A stretch of DNA of 64,000 nt from Octopus vulgaris (Eukaryota), in contig OX597831.1 in the NCBI GenBank assembly GCA_951406725.2, positions 27,714,001 to 27,778,000 of the forward strand, read 5' to 3'. The translations under genes were made by a program, and so were the position numbers. Numbering within the stretch: the stretch's first letter is position 1; each line of letters opens with the position of its first letter. Shown here one piece after another: positions 1 to 14,149 of this stretch. Under the pieces are notes generated by a model, which had not been told where the DNA came from, did not search any database, and saw only the letters and a program-made list of their open reading frames with translations.

Positions 1-196
1 ACACACACACACATACATATATATACATATATACGACAGGCTTCTTTCAGTTTCTGTCTACCAAATCCACTCACAAGGCATTGGTCGGCCCGGGGCTATA
101 GCAGAAGACACTTGCCCAAGATGCCACGCAGTGGGACTGAACCCGGAACCATGTGGTTGGTTAGCAAGCTACTTACCACACAGCCACTCCTGCGCC
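1..196 (-). mobile_element. SINE family A, 5' half (truncated by window edge)
   Basis: Reverse complement gives a tRNA-like head (A box TGGCTGTGTGG, B box GGTTCAGTCCC) followed by CORE-like CTTGGGCAAGTG; near-identical to about 25 other copies or fragments in the window. Confidence 0.9.
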
Positions 197-568
197 TGAA
201 AATAATGAAAATAACCTTATGGATGTACAGGTAGGGGTTGATGGGCAGAGTTAAGATTGTGTGTGTGACTGTGGTTGACGTAAGAAATGATATTTGGCAG
301 GAATGACTACATGCAGAATGACCACAGCAATTGTTGTGAGTCGATCAGAGGCCGGAATGAAACGAAGTGTAGACATGCGGGGTCGATAATTAATTCCAAA
401 AAAAATATTAATACTGCTTTCGCTTTTGTTTTCTTTACGAGAAGCTGGGTCATTTATCTGAGGCCTCGGAGTTAGGAAATGCAAAGTGGAAAGATAAGTA
501 ACTTTTTATTTGTGACAATTTAGGCGTCATGAGTCGTGTTGTTTAGAAACTCCGAGCACTCAGAGATG

Positions 569-951
569 GAAGCACTCCGTCGGTTACGACGACGAGGGTT
601 CCGGTTGATCCGAATCAACGGAACAGCCTGCTCGTGAAATTAACGTGTAAGTGGCTGAGCACTCCACAGACACGTGTACCCTTAACGTAGTTCTCGGGGA
701 TATTCAGCGTGACACAGAGAGTGACAAGGCCGGCCCTTTTGAAATAGAGGTACAACAGAGACAGGAAGTAAGAGTAAGAGAAAGTTGTGGTGAAAGAGTA
801 CAGCAGGGATCACCAACATCCCCTGCCGGAGCCTCGTGGAGCTTTAGGTGTTTTCGCTCAATAAACACTCACAACGCCCGGTCTGTGAATCGAAACCGCG
901 ATCCTATGACCACGAGTCCGCTGCCCTAACCACTGGGCCAGTGCGCCTCCA
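569..951 (-). mobile_element. SINE family B, full length with 12-bp TSD
   Basis: tRNA-like head (TGGCCCAGTGG...GGTTTCGATTC); TSD CACTCAGAGATG at 557-568 and 952-963; homologous to 10328-10709 and 57756-58141. Confidence 0.92.
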
Positions 952-1029
952 CACTCAGAGATGATCAGTAGCGTAACTATATCAGTTGAAACGTTGAAAC
1001 CATTGGGCGATCCTGAGGGGTGGGGTGGT

Positions 1030-1710
1030 GGAGAATGCTATGAAGTTATTCGTGAAAACAAGTTACTTAAATGACTTCCTGTTTTTCTTTGCATATTGCA
1101 ATAGAAATGTTTACATTTAATGCAGCGGCCGGATTTGATAGAGGTGCACTTAAGGTCTTGAGTAGACTATATGCTAGCATTCCTGATTCGTTAAGTTTGC
1201 CGTGTATCAGGGGTGTAGACAAGTTTGGCGCATATCAGGGACGAGAATACTTGAAGGTGGCAGACTGGCCAGGACAGGAGAACAAAGAACTTTTAGCAAA
1301 ACAATCGCAGACATTTTTGTCTTTTTTTGAAAAGGCGAAAAGATGGTGTGGAAATGACTTGAAAGAATAGGAATAAAGGGTTTGGAGGGAATATGATCTT
1401 TAATGGGAGTATGGCCAGCGGGGAGGGGTATAAAAGAGGAGAGTCCGGCTTGTAAGCGTACACATGCGCAGTCAGAATGTTGTAGCACAGCTAAATTGTT
1501 TGGCTCGGTGAAGTGAGAGATTTGTTGCGTCAAATCGAAATCCTTGTTGCAGAGTTTGTGCTGGTGGTGGTGGTAAAGGAATTGGGGGAAATAAAAGATA
1601 CCAGATTTCTTGTGTGGCAGAGGGAAGAAAAGTTAGGATAGGATTGGTAATTAGTGGATTTTGTATATGGAGGTGGGCAGGGAACGGGTCAGTGTCATAG
1701 AGATCTTTTG
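1030..1710 (-). pseudogene. Decayed Penelope-like element, RT C-terminus to GIY-YIG region
   Basis: Frameshifted minus-strand peptides (TSIYK/TNYQSYPNFSS, KLCNKDFD, AFSKKDKNVCD, ATFKYSRP/RQTC, LKCTS..RCIKCK) follow the order of PLE motifs KPTDSHSYL, RRLCSDD, AFRRDKNLRD, TFKCSRPRCKTC and FTCTS..C..C. Confidence 0.55.
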
Positions 1711-1729
1711 TGTAATCACCTCTATTAAA

Positions 1730-2076
1730 CGGTAAAGACCACCCCCTTCGGTAATGAATGATCATAGGATGCACCTATAAAGTTATTCTCCGAGGTACAA
1801 GTCTGGGCAATGTTGTTTATGGAAGACCAGCAGTCACCCATGCATACCAGCCTCCCCTCTCCACGCCACCGATGTTACCCAAGGGAAAGGCAAAGGGGCC
1901 AAGACAGCTTGGCACCAGTGATGTGGCGACTCATTTCTACAACTGAGTGAACTGGAGCAACGAGAAACAAAAAGTGTCTTGCTTAATAACACAACACAAA
2001 GCCCGGCCCGGGAATCGAACTCACTACCTCATGATTGTGAACCCAACACTCTAACCACTGAGCCATGCGCCTTCAC
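1730..2076 (-). mobile_element. SINE family D (tRNA head plus CORE-like domain)
   Basis: Head GTGAAGGCGCATGGCTCAGTGGTTAG...GAGTTCGATTCCC, then AGCAAGACACTT; homologous to 60080-60408. Confidence 0.85.
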
Positions 2077-2208
2077 GAGGAGAAAGCACATAGGTCGGTG
2101 CCCATCCATACCGTTGTTTTCTCTGTTCATACACTGAGCTGTGTCATTTGAAATTTTTAAGATACATTTGCAATCACGCTCATATAGATATATAGATAGA
2201 TATATAGA

Positions 2209-2482
2209 TCGGTTACGACGATGAGGGTTCTGGTTGATCCGAATCAACGGAACAGCCTGCTCGTGAAATTAACGTGTAAGTGGCTGAGCACTCCACAGAC
2301 ACGTGCACCCTTAACGTAGTTCTCGGGGATATTCGGCGTGACACAGGTACAACAGAAACAGGAAGTAAGAGTGAGAGAAAGTTATGGTGAAAGAGTACAG
2401 CAGGGATCACCCCATCCCCTGCCGGAGATTCGTGGAGCTTTTAGGTGTTTTCGCTCAATAAACACTCACAACGCCCGGTCTG
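2209..2482 (-). mobile_element. SINE family B, 5'-truncated and internally deleted
   Basis: Near-identical to the body of 569-951. Confidence 0.85.
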
Positions 2483-3063
2483 TCATATAGATATACATAC
2501 GTTACCCACCTACGCTGGACTATGCCCATTTATTAATAATTACACATTGATATTACATTGATATATTACATTGATATATATACATGCAAACAGGACTAGA
2601 CTATGTCCATTGGATTCTTGTTCTCCACCCATACAATTAACTATTCACACGAATCTGTTGACCTTCCAATCTGTTGACCTTTAGTTATATAATACAATAA
2701 AAAAAGTGATATTTTTAAAATTCTGTTTTTATTTATACATTACAAACCCCTGCTTCGTATGTTAAACTCATCCCTTCTCCCGCTTCATATACTCTCGACC
2801 CTAACTCACCCACTAAGGAGAAAAATCTCTATTCGCTCGGACAAACAGACAATTCCTTCAAAAACGTTAAATTCCACACACACACACCACCGCTCCCCCC
2901 ATAAAGAACAAACATTAACTACACTAAACTTCGAACTCTTATCACGATCGGCACTTATATTTCTGGACATGTACATATTAATACCAAGGTCTGATTCGAA
3001 CATGGAACCCTTATTGCTAAAATTAATGGTAGTGACCCTCTTATCAACTCCGCCAAATGTATA

Positions 3064-3277
3064 TCTTCTCTTTTATCTTTTACTTGTTTCAGTCAAAGCT
3101 GAGGCATTGACCCCTAAGCCTTATTTTTTTAAAGCCTGGTACTTATTCTATCAGTCTCTTTTGCCGAACAGCTAGTTTATGGGGACGCAAACACACCAAC
3201 ACCGGTTGTCAAGCGGTTGATGGGGGACAAACACAGACACAAAGATACACTTGTAGCACCCTTAATTATCAATACAT

Positions 3278-3350
<73 letters not shown>

Positions 3351-3521
3351 CATATATACATCGGGCTTCTTTTAGTTTTCGTCAGCCAAATTCACACACA
3401 AGGCTTTGGTCGGCCCGAAGCTATAGTAGAAGACACTTGTCCAAGGTGCCACGCAGTGGGACTGATCCCGGAGCCATGTGGTTGGTAAGCAAGCTTCTTA
3501 CCACGCAACCACTCCAGCGCC
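3064..3521 (-). mobile_element. SINE family A (diverged) with internal (CA)n/(TA)n
   Basis: Head, CORE-like block and GACTGAAACAAGTAAAAG tail recognisable on the minus strand. Confidence 0.85.
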
Positions 3522-3537
3522 GATATATAATCATTAC

Positions 3538-3772
3538 TTTCACATTTTGGCACAAGGCCAGCAATTTGGGGTGAGGGGATTTGTCGAGTACATTTGCCGC
3601 CAGTGATCAACTGATATATATTTTATCGATCTCGAAAGGAAGAAAGGCTAAGTCGACCTCAGCGTAATTTGAAAGCAGAACATAAAGCCTGCAACCGCAT
3701 TGGGGTCGATGTAATCGACTAGTCCAGTCCCCCGAAATTTCGGATTTTGTGCCATTAACAGAAAGGATTAAT
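3538..3772. mobile_element. SINE family C fragments in both orientations
   Basis: Diverged GTCGAC/ATCGA core and GCACAAGGCC tail motifs of family C. Confidence 0.6.
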
Positions 3773-3815
3773 TATCCGTCTTTCTGTATCTACATATCTA
3801 TCTCACCATATAGAT

Positions 3816-4116
3816 CAGAGGTTCGCAGCCATTTTCTTACTTATGGCTCCCTTTGATTCCTGTTGGATTATTTGGAATTATATTAAAAACATCGCTAAGA
3901 TTTTTTTTGTGTATTGTAAAGAGTATAACCAGTTTTATTGCCTGGAGTAGTCTTCTGGCTGGCCAGCTCCTGTCAAAGTGTCCAACCCATGCCAGCATAG
4001 AAAACGGCCGTTAAATGATGATGATGATGATGATGATGATAATGATGATGATGTACTTTAACGACAAAGTTTATATGGATCCCAAGGGCCATATGGATCC
4101 TGGTTAAGAACCACTG
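3816..4116. mobile_element. hAT-like MITE with a nested RTE 3' end
   Basis: Termini CAGAGGTTCGCAGCCA and TGGTTAAGAACCACTG resemble Charlie/MER5-type TIRs; imperfect 8-bp flanks ATATAGAT and ATCAAGAC. Confidence 0.55.
3943..4053 (+). mobile_element. RTE-type LINE 3' end with (GAT)n tail
   Basis: TCCAACCCATGCCAGCATAGAAAACGGCCGTTAAA(TGA)n resembles RTE-clade 3' UTRs. Confidence 0.55.
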
Positions 4117-4161
4117 ATCAAGACAGACAGACAAACAGACAGATAGACAAACAGACAGATT

Positions 4162-4192
<31 letters not shown>

Positions 4193-4290
4193 AGGTAGAG
4201 AGAGAGATAGAGACGGACAGACAGACAAACAGACAGAGACTGGGACAGAAACGGACAGATATACAGACGACAGAGCGAGCAAGCGAGAGA

Positions 4291-4338
<48 letters not shown>

Positions 4339-4399
4339 AGGTGAAGGTGGAAAAATTGGAGATCATCCTCTCAGGAAAAAATATGTATTAAAATAGGCC

Positions 4400-4810
4400 T
4401 ATTCTCTTCTTTCAGAAGATCTCGTAGCGTCGAATAACATGAGAGAGAATTAGGCGTAGCTGTGGTCAACAACCTACAAGGGAATGCATACACCAATAAC
4501 AAAGTCGATATGACCAATAGAATATATCATGGAACCTTAGAATTTTCCATTCTAGTAATTCTGATACAGTCATACTTCTTCACGTTTCTTAGATCCCACC
4601 GTAAATATGGCTGCTCACTATACTTTCCGTCTACAAATCAAAATATCATGAGAATTAAAGCGACCAAGAGATCACCTCAAAGAGTTCGAACTTAGTTCTC
4701 TTCAAAGCTAATTTGAGCACATCATTTGCACAATGTGAAAAAATATTTCATCAATACTGGCGGTGCTCCAGCATGACCACAGCCTTGGGGTTGAAACGTA
4801 TAAATGAAGG
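4400..4810 (+). mobile_element. Decayed CR1/L2-like LINE 3' end
   Basis: Ends in GGCGGTGCTCCAGCATGACCACAGCC..GGTTGAAAC, the tail shared with 19483-19733 and SINE A; weak LVLFKANL similarity upstream. Confidence 0.35.
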
Positions 4811-4905
4811 AAAGAATAATAAGTGTTCAAACGTTGCCAGTATCAAGGTCACAGGTCTCCCTGAAGCTTAGCCCCAGAGCCGTGCACCTGCTACGAAAAT
4901 AGAGC

Positions 4906-5248
4906 TCACGTCATATAATATTCCTTTCTACTCTAGGCACAAGGCTCGAAATTTTGAGGGAGGGAGCCACTCGATGAGATCGATCCCAGTACGCAACTCG
5001 TACTTAATTTATCGACCCCGAAAGGATGAAAGGCAAAGTCGACCTCGGCGGAATTTGAACTCAGAATGTTACGTCATATAATATTCTTTTCTACTCTAGG
5101 CACAAGGCCCGAAATTGTGGGGGTTGGGGCCACTCGATGAGATCGACCCCAGTACGCAACTCGTACTTAATTTATCGACCCCGAAAGGATGAAAGGCAAA
5201 GTCGACCTCTGCGGAATTTGAACTCAGAACGTCACGTCATATAATATT
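4906..5248 (-). mobile_element. Tandem dimer of 5'-truncated SINE C (163-bp period)
   Basis: The 17-bp T(C/T)ACGTCATATAATATT occurs at 4906, 5069 and 5232, separating two SINE C bodies. Confidence 0.9.
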
Positions 5249-5604
5249 ACTACACAAAGTTTTTACCTGCCACATGGTCCTGCATCAATCAACATTCTCC
5301 CGATTGAAGTAAAAAAAAAATGAAAATAAAAAAAAAGAAAAAAAAACCATAACACTTAAACGATACCTGGAGGAGGTTTTCGTATGAATGAATGAATGTA
5401 TTTTTTTAAAATTATTTTTTACGTTTCAGTCATTTGATTTGTGTCCAAGCTGGGGCAACGCATTGAAGAATTCTAGGTAGAAGGAATCGTACTCAGTACT
5501 TATTTTTTTGTTAAGCCGGGTCTCTTTTTGCCAAACGATAAAGTTACGGGGACATAAACACACCAGCACCGGTTGTCAAGCTGTGGTGGGAAACAAAGGC
5601 ACAC

Positions 5605-7592
<1,988 letters not shown>

Positions 7593-7789
7593 GTAAGCGA
7601 CCAATCAGATCGTGTTAACTTAAGGCGAATTTTTTGAAAGGAATATTAAACAACAACAACAACAACCACAACAATCACAACAACAACCACAACAATCACA
7701 ACAACAACCACAACAACGGCAGCAGCAACACCACCAGCAACAACAACAACATTCATGCCTGCTTAAGTGGGTGGAGATGGGACAGAAGG

Positions 7790-8200
7790 TACCTTTCTAC
7801 CCCCGTTCCCCACTTCTCCCACTACCACCCCTTAACCTCCTCCTCCTCATCTCTTCGCATTCGCTTCTTCTCGTATAATTCTTCTCTACTCCCCCTCCCT
7901 CCCTCCCTCCCTCCCTTTTTTTTATTTGCTCTTTAAACTTTTTTTTTTGTCCGGCGAACTTCCTTCTCCCTTTCACACTCCCCCTGCCTTTCTCCTCGTC
8001 TTCCTTATCCGTCTCCGTCTCCCCTTTCTCTTCCTCCTCCTCCTCTTTTCTATTTCTCCTCCCACTCTCCTCCCTCTCCACGTATTTCCTCTCTTCCTTC
8101 CCTTCTCCTCCTCCCCACCTCCTCACACTCTCCCCATTTCTTACTGTCCTTCCTCCTTTCCTCCCTTCCTTCCTTCCTTCCTTCCTCCTGCTGTTTATTT
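7790..8200. repeat. Polypyrimidine/polypurine low-complexity tract
   Basis: About 400 bp strongly C/T-biased on the + strand. Confidence 0.8.
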
Positions 8201-8902
8201 CTCTATTTTTTATCAATCACGTTTTCTTGTAAAGTTAAACTCAATAATATTACGCAGTAGTCACCTATTACTGTTCTTATTTCATCTTATGTCCACTGTC
8301 TATAAATCTTTCGTCACACTTCTGTGACCTCTTCAGAGACTCTTTCATCCACGTTTGAAGAACGCATATATAGTGCATGTGTTTATTTGGCAAGAAAAAA
8401 TAATCATCCCAAAATATCGTTCATAAACGCAAACTCAGTAACATTTCATTTTAAGAGAGTCTTCAAAAGTTCTTCCCTTCTCTAAGCGCCCAAAATCGAG
8501 ATACTTCCCTCCCAACCGCACCCAATGCCACACCAAAAATCTCTATCTTCCGTTAGGATTGATAGATCTTTAATCTAATGTTGTGCGTCTCTGCCAATAA
8601 CATCAATTAAGTCGAGATGTCTTCGCCCTTTATTAGGCAACAGAATTTTCCTGAAGCATTTTCGAAGGTCCTAAGGTGATCAGTTCTGCAACATAGTCTT
8701 TCCCAATAGTCAAGACTATTGAAAAGGTTGCAAGACGCAACGAAAATTTTAGGAAAATAAAAAGATGAAATAAGTGGAAATTTTACCGGTGAGTGTGTTA
8801 AATAATAAGGTACTAAAAGAGAATGACTCTCCCCAGACACAACAGAATATGCTTCAACACACGAACTCTTATAAAGAATCTTGCAAACCAAATCCCAAAA
8901 CG

Positions 8903-9018
<116 letters not shown>

Positions 9019-9134
9019 TTGAGAAAGGAAATTGGCAGGAGAATAAAAATTTGTCATGAATTTCATTATCTTACAGTTGTTTCTGCTGTAAGATGCAATG
9101 CACTCATAGCTGAATGCTTGTGTATCACCTTTTA

Positions 9135-9511
9135 GCTTGTGGGTAGTAGAGAAATAGGTATTTCGTCTGCCGTTACGTTCTGAGTTCAAATTCCGCCGAG
9201 GTCGACTTTGCCTTTCATCCTTTCGGGGTCGATAAATTAAGTACCAGTTACGCACTGGGGTCGATATAATCGACTTAATCCCTTTGTCTGTCCCTGTTTG
9301 TCCTCTCTGTGTTTAGCCCCTTGTGGGTAGTAAAGAAATAGGTAATTTCGTCTGTCTTTACGTTCTGAGTTCAAATTCCGCCGAGGTCGACTTTGCCTTT
9401 CATCCTTTGGGGGTCGATAAATTAAATACCAGTTGCGTACTGGGATCGATCTAATCGACTGGACCCCGCCTCCAAAATTTCGAGCCTTGTTCCTAGAGTA
9501 GAAAAGAATCG
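9135..9511 (+). mobile_element. SINE family C multimer (long-tail end, core plus long tail, core plus short tail)
   Basis: Repeated GAAATA|GGTA(A)TTTCGTCTG junctions; B box GAGTTCAAATTCC; core GTCGACTTTGCCTTTCATCCTTTCGGGGTCGATAAATTAAGTACCAG. Confidence 0.9.
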
Positions 9512-9910
9512 TTTCCGCGCCGGAAAAAGTGCTTAGCGGTATTTCTTCCGTCTTTCCGTTCAGAATTCGAATTGAATACTGGTGGTCGGTGTAATTGACT
9601 TAACCCTTCCCACGAAATTGCTGGCGTTGTGCCAAAATTTGAAACTATTATTTGGCGTACATTAAGGCAGAGAGCTGGCAGAATCGGCAGCATGCCGGAC
9701 AAAATGGTTAGCGACATGTCTTCCGACTTTACGTTCTGAGTTTAAATGCCGGCATGGTTGACTTTGCTTTACCCACTTTGGAAGGTGGGCGGGGTGATAA
9801 AATAAGTACCAGTTGAGCACTAAGGTCGAATTAATCAACTTACCCATACCACCACCACCTCCACCACTTCGCCGAAATTGCTGGCCTTGTACCAAAATTT
9901 TAAACTAATA
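9512..9910 (+). mobile_element. Two diverged SINE family C copies
   Basis: GAGCTGGCAGAATCG head and AAATTGCTGGCCTTGTACCAAAATTT tail. Confidence 0.7.
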
Positions 9911-9938
9911 TCAGGCTAAAATAATTTAGTCCTGGGTA

Positions 9939-10110
9939 TTACCGCATTTTAAAGCGTATAAGGAACACTTTTTGTCAAAAATTTGATTTAAAAAAATAAG
10001 GGAGTTTTTTTACACATGGATGGTATCATAATCCCTTACAAAACCTTTCCAAATTTTAACCCTCCCCCCACCAAATTAGGGGATTCCTTATACACGCTAA
10101 AATGCGGTAA
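9939..10110. mobile_element. Tc1/mariner-superfamily (pogo/Tc2-like) MITE
   Basis: Imperfect 25-bp TIRs: TTACCGCATTTTAAAGCGTATAAGG and CCTTATACACGCTAAAATGCGGTAA. Confidence 0.75.
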
Positions 10111-10327
10111 CTTGATGCGAATGACTATTTACCACAGCACTGTTTTCCTGTATGTAAATATTTGACGTATCACCACTTGACTTTAGTTTTCGGTCGGACC
10201 TTTAGCACATGGCTTTGATCAAATTCTGGCACATTCTTTGTGTTTCATATATACTTACTCTCTCCCAACCGTAGCTACCAGTTGAAGTCCATCTCTAATA
10301 GTCCATTTCTAATAGTGTGTTATAATC

Positions 10328-10709
10328 GTGGCACTCCATCGGTTACGATGACGAGGGTTCCAGTTAAACAGATTAATGGAAAAGCCTGCTTGTGAAATTA
10401 ACATACAAGTGGCTGAGCACTCCACAGACACGTGTACCCTTAACGTAGTTCTCGGGGATATTCAGCGTGATACAGAGTGTGACAAGGCCGGCCCTCTGAA
10501 ATACAGGTACAACAGAAACAGGATGAAAGTGTAAGAGAAAGTTGTAGTGAAAGAGTACGACAGGGTTCACCACCCCTCCTTGCCGGTGCCTCGTGGAGCT
10601 TTAGGTGTTTCCCTTCAATAAACAATCACAACGCCCGGTCTGGGAACCGAAACCATGATCCTACGACCGCGAGTCTGCTGCCCTAGCCACTGGACTATTG
10701 CGCCTCCAC
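10328..10709 (-). mobile_element. SINE family B, full length
   Basis: Homologous to 569-951; 11-bp TSD TGTGTT(A/C)TAAT. Confidence 0.9.
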
Positions 10710-10894
10710 TGTGTTCTAATACTCGTTGGTGCTATGGTTATCGTTGTTGTTGTTGTTGTGATTGTTGCTAATTTGAATAAAAGACAAGGATATTGAAATA
10801 AGCCACACGAAAGCTTCTAACACCCAACGATAGTCCACGCCCCTTGGTCCCTAGTATAGATATTAATTTTCCACCGTTCACCTTCCATCAAGGG

Positions 10895-11057
10895 CAGGGC
10901 TGTCTTAGTAACCTCATAGACTCTCAGGAAAAACCTTTGCACTAGGATAGTATTTATTGATAATAAGCTGCCGCATATATAGATCAGAATTGACCTGCTA
11001 ACCCTGTGAGGGCCCCCGAGCAACTGCTCGGTCTACCCATGCTATAAGACAGAACTG
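10895..11057. mobile_element. hAT-like MITE
   Basis: TIRs CAGGGCTGTCTTA and TAAGACAGAACTG; degenerate 8-bp TSD ATCAAGGG/ATCAGAGG. Confidence 0.55.
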
Positions 11058-11151
11058 ATCAGAGGTGGTACCTTCTATTTTGAGACGCGCTGCTATAGAA
11101 GAATCGAACATTAGACGTAATTATTTATTGATTTTTGAAAAAAAAATTATG

Positions 11152-11571
11152 GGGCGCAGGAGTGGCTGTGTGGTAAGTAGCTTGCTAACCAACCACATGG
11201 TTCCGGGTTCAGTCCGACTGCGTGGCATCTTGGGCAAGCAAGTGTCTTCTGCTATAGCCCCGGGCCGACCAATGCCTTCTGAGTGGATTTGGTAGACGGA
11301 AACTGAAAGAAGCCTGTCGTATATATATATGTATGTATATATATATGTATCTGTGTGTGTTTGTGTGTCTGTGTTTGTCCCCCTAGCATTGCTTGACAAC
11401 CGATGCTGGTGTGTTTACGTCCCCGTCACTTAGCGGTTCGGCAAAAGAGACCGATAGAATAAGTACTGGGCTTACAAAAGAATAAGTCCCGGGGTCGATT
11501 TGCTCGACTAAAGGCGGTGCTCCAGCATAGCCGCAGTCAAATGACTGAAACAAGTAAAAGAGTAAAGAGTA
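11152..11571 (+). mobile_element. SINE family A, full length
   Basis: GGCGCAGGAGTGGCTGTGTGG head, internal microsatellite, CAGTCAAATGACTG stem-loop and (GTAAAAGA)n tail. Confidence 0.93.
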
Positions 11572-11983
11572 ATACTGGACAGGTAACACGATTTTTGTCC
11601 TTGAGTAACAACTGTTATTTCTTATTTGCTTACCCTTAGAAAGTATGAAAAATGGCTAATATTTCCTTCAAAGTTTGCTTATTTTACATTTATTCAACCT
11701 CCAAAGAATTCTTCTCAACACATGGCTATGTTGCCTTACCACTACTCCTGCTCATGATCGGAAACGCATATATCATCAGCCACTAAGGGACATACTGAAG
11801 TGGTTACGGTTAAGCAATTGACAAACAAATATTTGGTATTCAGCAGAATATTTGTTATAACGCTATTTCTACTTCAGCAACTCAGCGCTGAATCTGTTTT
11901 CAATGTAATGGAAGGTAGACTAGTTTCAAAACATTGATGCTCAGGTCACAAAAGCAAAGTCTGAAGGGAATAGTAGTAATTAC

Positions 11984-12181
11984 CTCTTTTACTTGTTTCA
12001 GTCATTTGACTGACCATGCTGGAGCACCGCCTTCAGTCGAGCAAATCGACCCCAGGACTTATTCTTTGTAAGCCTAGTACTTATTCTATCGGTATCTTTT
12101 GCCGAACTGCTAAGTTACGGGGACATAACACATCAACATCAGTTGTCAAGCGATGTTGGGGGACAAACACAGACACACAAA

Positions 12182-12227
<46 letters not shown>

Positions 12228-12273
12228 ACGTATATATATAGAATGTATATATATATACATATATATATAGAAC

Positions 12274-12314
<41 letters not shown>

Positions 12315-12458
12315 TACGACGGGCTTCTTTCAGTTTCAGTTTACCAAATACACTCACAAGGCTTTGGTCAGCTTGAGGCCATAGTAGAAGACACCTGCCC
12401 AAGGTGAACCCGGAACCATGTGGTTGGTAAGCAAGCTACTTACCACACACCCACTCCT
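11984..12458 (-). mobile_element. SINE family A
   Basis: Near full-length copy, inverted relative to 11152-11571. Confidence 0.9.
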
Positions 12459-12637
12459 AGATAGTAGAAAATAAGTAGAAAATAAGTAGAAAATAACCCT
12501 TACCGACCAAGGAAGAAGAAAAATTATTGCACAGTGTTATTTAAGAGAATTATCCAGTTGTCTTGCATTTTTGTAAAGTTTCGATGTAGCTGAAGCGTAG
12601 GAGGTACATATCGGCGATTTAAAACACACATAAAGAG

Positions 12638-13070
12638 TATTCTTTTCTACTTTAGGCACAAGGCCCGACATTTTGGGGGAGGGGGCCAGTTGTTTAGATC
12701 GACCCCAGTAAACAACTGGTACTTAATTTATCGACCCCAGTAAACAACTGGTACTTAATTTATCGACCCCGAAAGAATGAAATGCAAAGTCGACCTCGGC
12801 GGAATTTGAACTCAGAACGTAACGGCAGACGAAATACCTATTTATTTACTACCCACAAGGGGCTAAACACAGAGAGGACAAACAAGGACAGACAAAGGGA
12901 TTAAGTCGATTATATCGACCCCAGTGCGTAACTGGTCCTTAATTTATCGACCCCAAAAGGATGAAAGGCAAAGTCGACCTCGACGGAATTTGAACTCAGA
13001 ATGTAGCGGCAGTCGAAATACCGCTTAGCATTTCGCCCGGCGTGCTAACGTTTCTGCCATCTCGCCGCCT
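12638..13070 (-). mobile_element. SINE family C (head, core plus long tail, core plus short tail)
   Basis: Same modules as 9135-9511; 32-bp internal duplication at about 12698-12770. Confidence 0.9.
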
Positions 13071-13326
13071 TCAACCACACACACACAGACACACACACAC
13101 ACACACACACATAATCATAGGTTCTAAGGTTATTGGCGTTTATATATATATAGGACAAGAATTATTTGTATTTATGTCAGGAACAAATATGATCAACAAT
13201 ACCAACAGCAAGAACGATAACAACATAGTTATCGTGTTGCTGTGGTTTGGTAGAATCAAGTTCAATAGTTTATCAACTCATGAGACGCTCGATGTACGCA
13301 TGCATATATGCATATATGTATATATG

Positions 13327-13358
<32 letters not shown>

Positions 13359-13516
13359 TGTATGTATGTATGTATGTATGTATTTCGTTTTTGTATTTTG
13401 GTTTGTATTTGGGAAATCGTGTTGAAACAAGTTTTGTTGTGAGTAGGGAAGGTCATCATACGAATAAAAATTAGTTTAAACACACGCACTGGTTCAATGC
13501 CACTTATATACATACA

Positions 13517-13550
<34 letters not shown>

Positions 13551-13898
13551 CATACATACATACATAATACATACATACATACATAATACATACATACATA
13601 CATACATATATATAGTGATAAAAATAGTAATCTTTGAGAAGAATTTATAAATATTTTAATGCATCACCACGCGCGTGTAGGGGCTTTTGAATGCATATTC
13701 AAAACATTTCTCCTAAACGAACTTAAAGAATATATATATTTATATACCTGTGCTCACCTTATGGTAGGTATGTATCTAAATTTTGTACGACTCTTTTACT
13801 CTATCTTTTAGTCACCCTCATACGTTTTTCCTCTTTTCTTTTTCTCGCGCCCCTTTCTTTCCTTAACTCCCACTTTTACCTCTTCGTTTATCTCCCCT

Positions 13899-14136
13899 GT
13901 GTCAAGCGATGCTGGGGGGACAACACAGACACACAAACATACACACACACACAAACACACACATACATACATAAGACAGGCTTCTTTCAGTTTCCGCCTA
14001 CCAAATCCACTTACAAGGCTTTAATCGGTCCAAGGCTATAGTAGAAGACACTTGCCCAAGATGCCACACAGTGGGACTGAACCCGGAACCATGTGGTTGG
14101 TAAGCAAGCTACTTACCATACAGTCACTCCTGCGCC
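13899..14136 (-). mobile_element. SINE family A, 5' half
   Basis: Homology to family A. Confidence 0.88.
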
Positions 14137-14149
14137 TTTGTTTCGTATA

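Noticed and set aside
651-929. Recurrent ORFs inside SINE A, B and C (e.g. QSFDCGHAGAPP, MVPGSVPL)
   Set aside because: They recur only because the SINEs recur.
11152-11225. tRNA genes at SINE heads (families A-E)
   Set aside because: A and B boxes are present, but there is no complete cloverleaf and the heads continue into SINE bodies.
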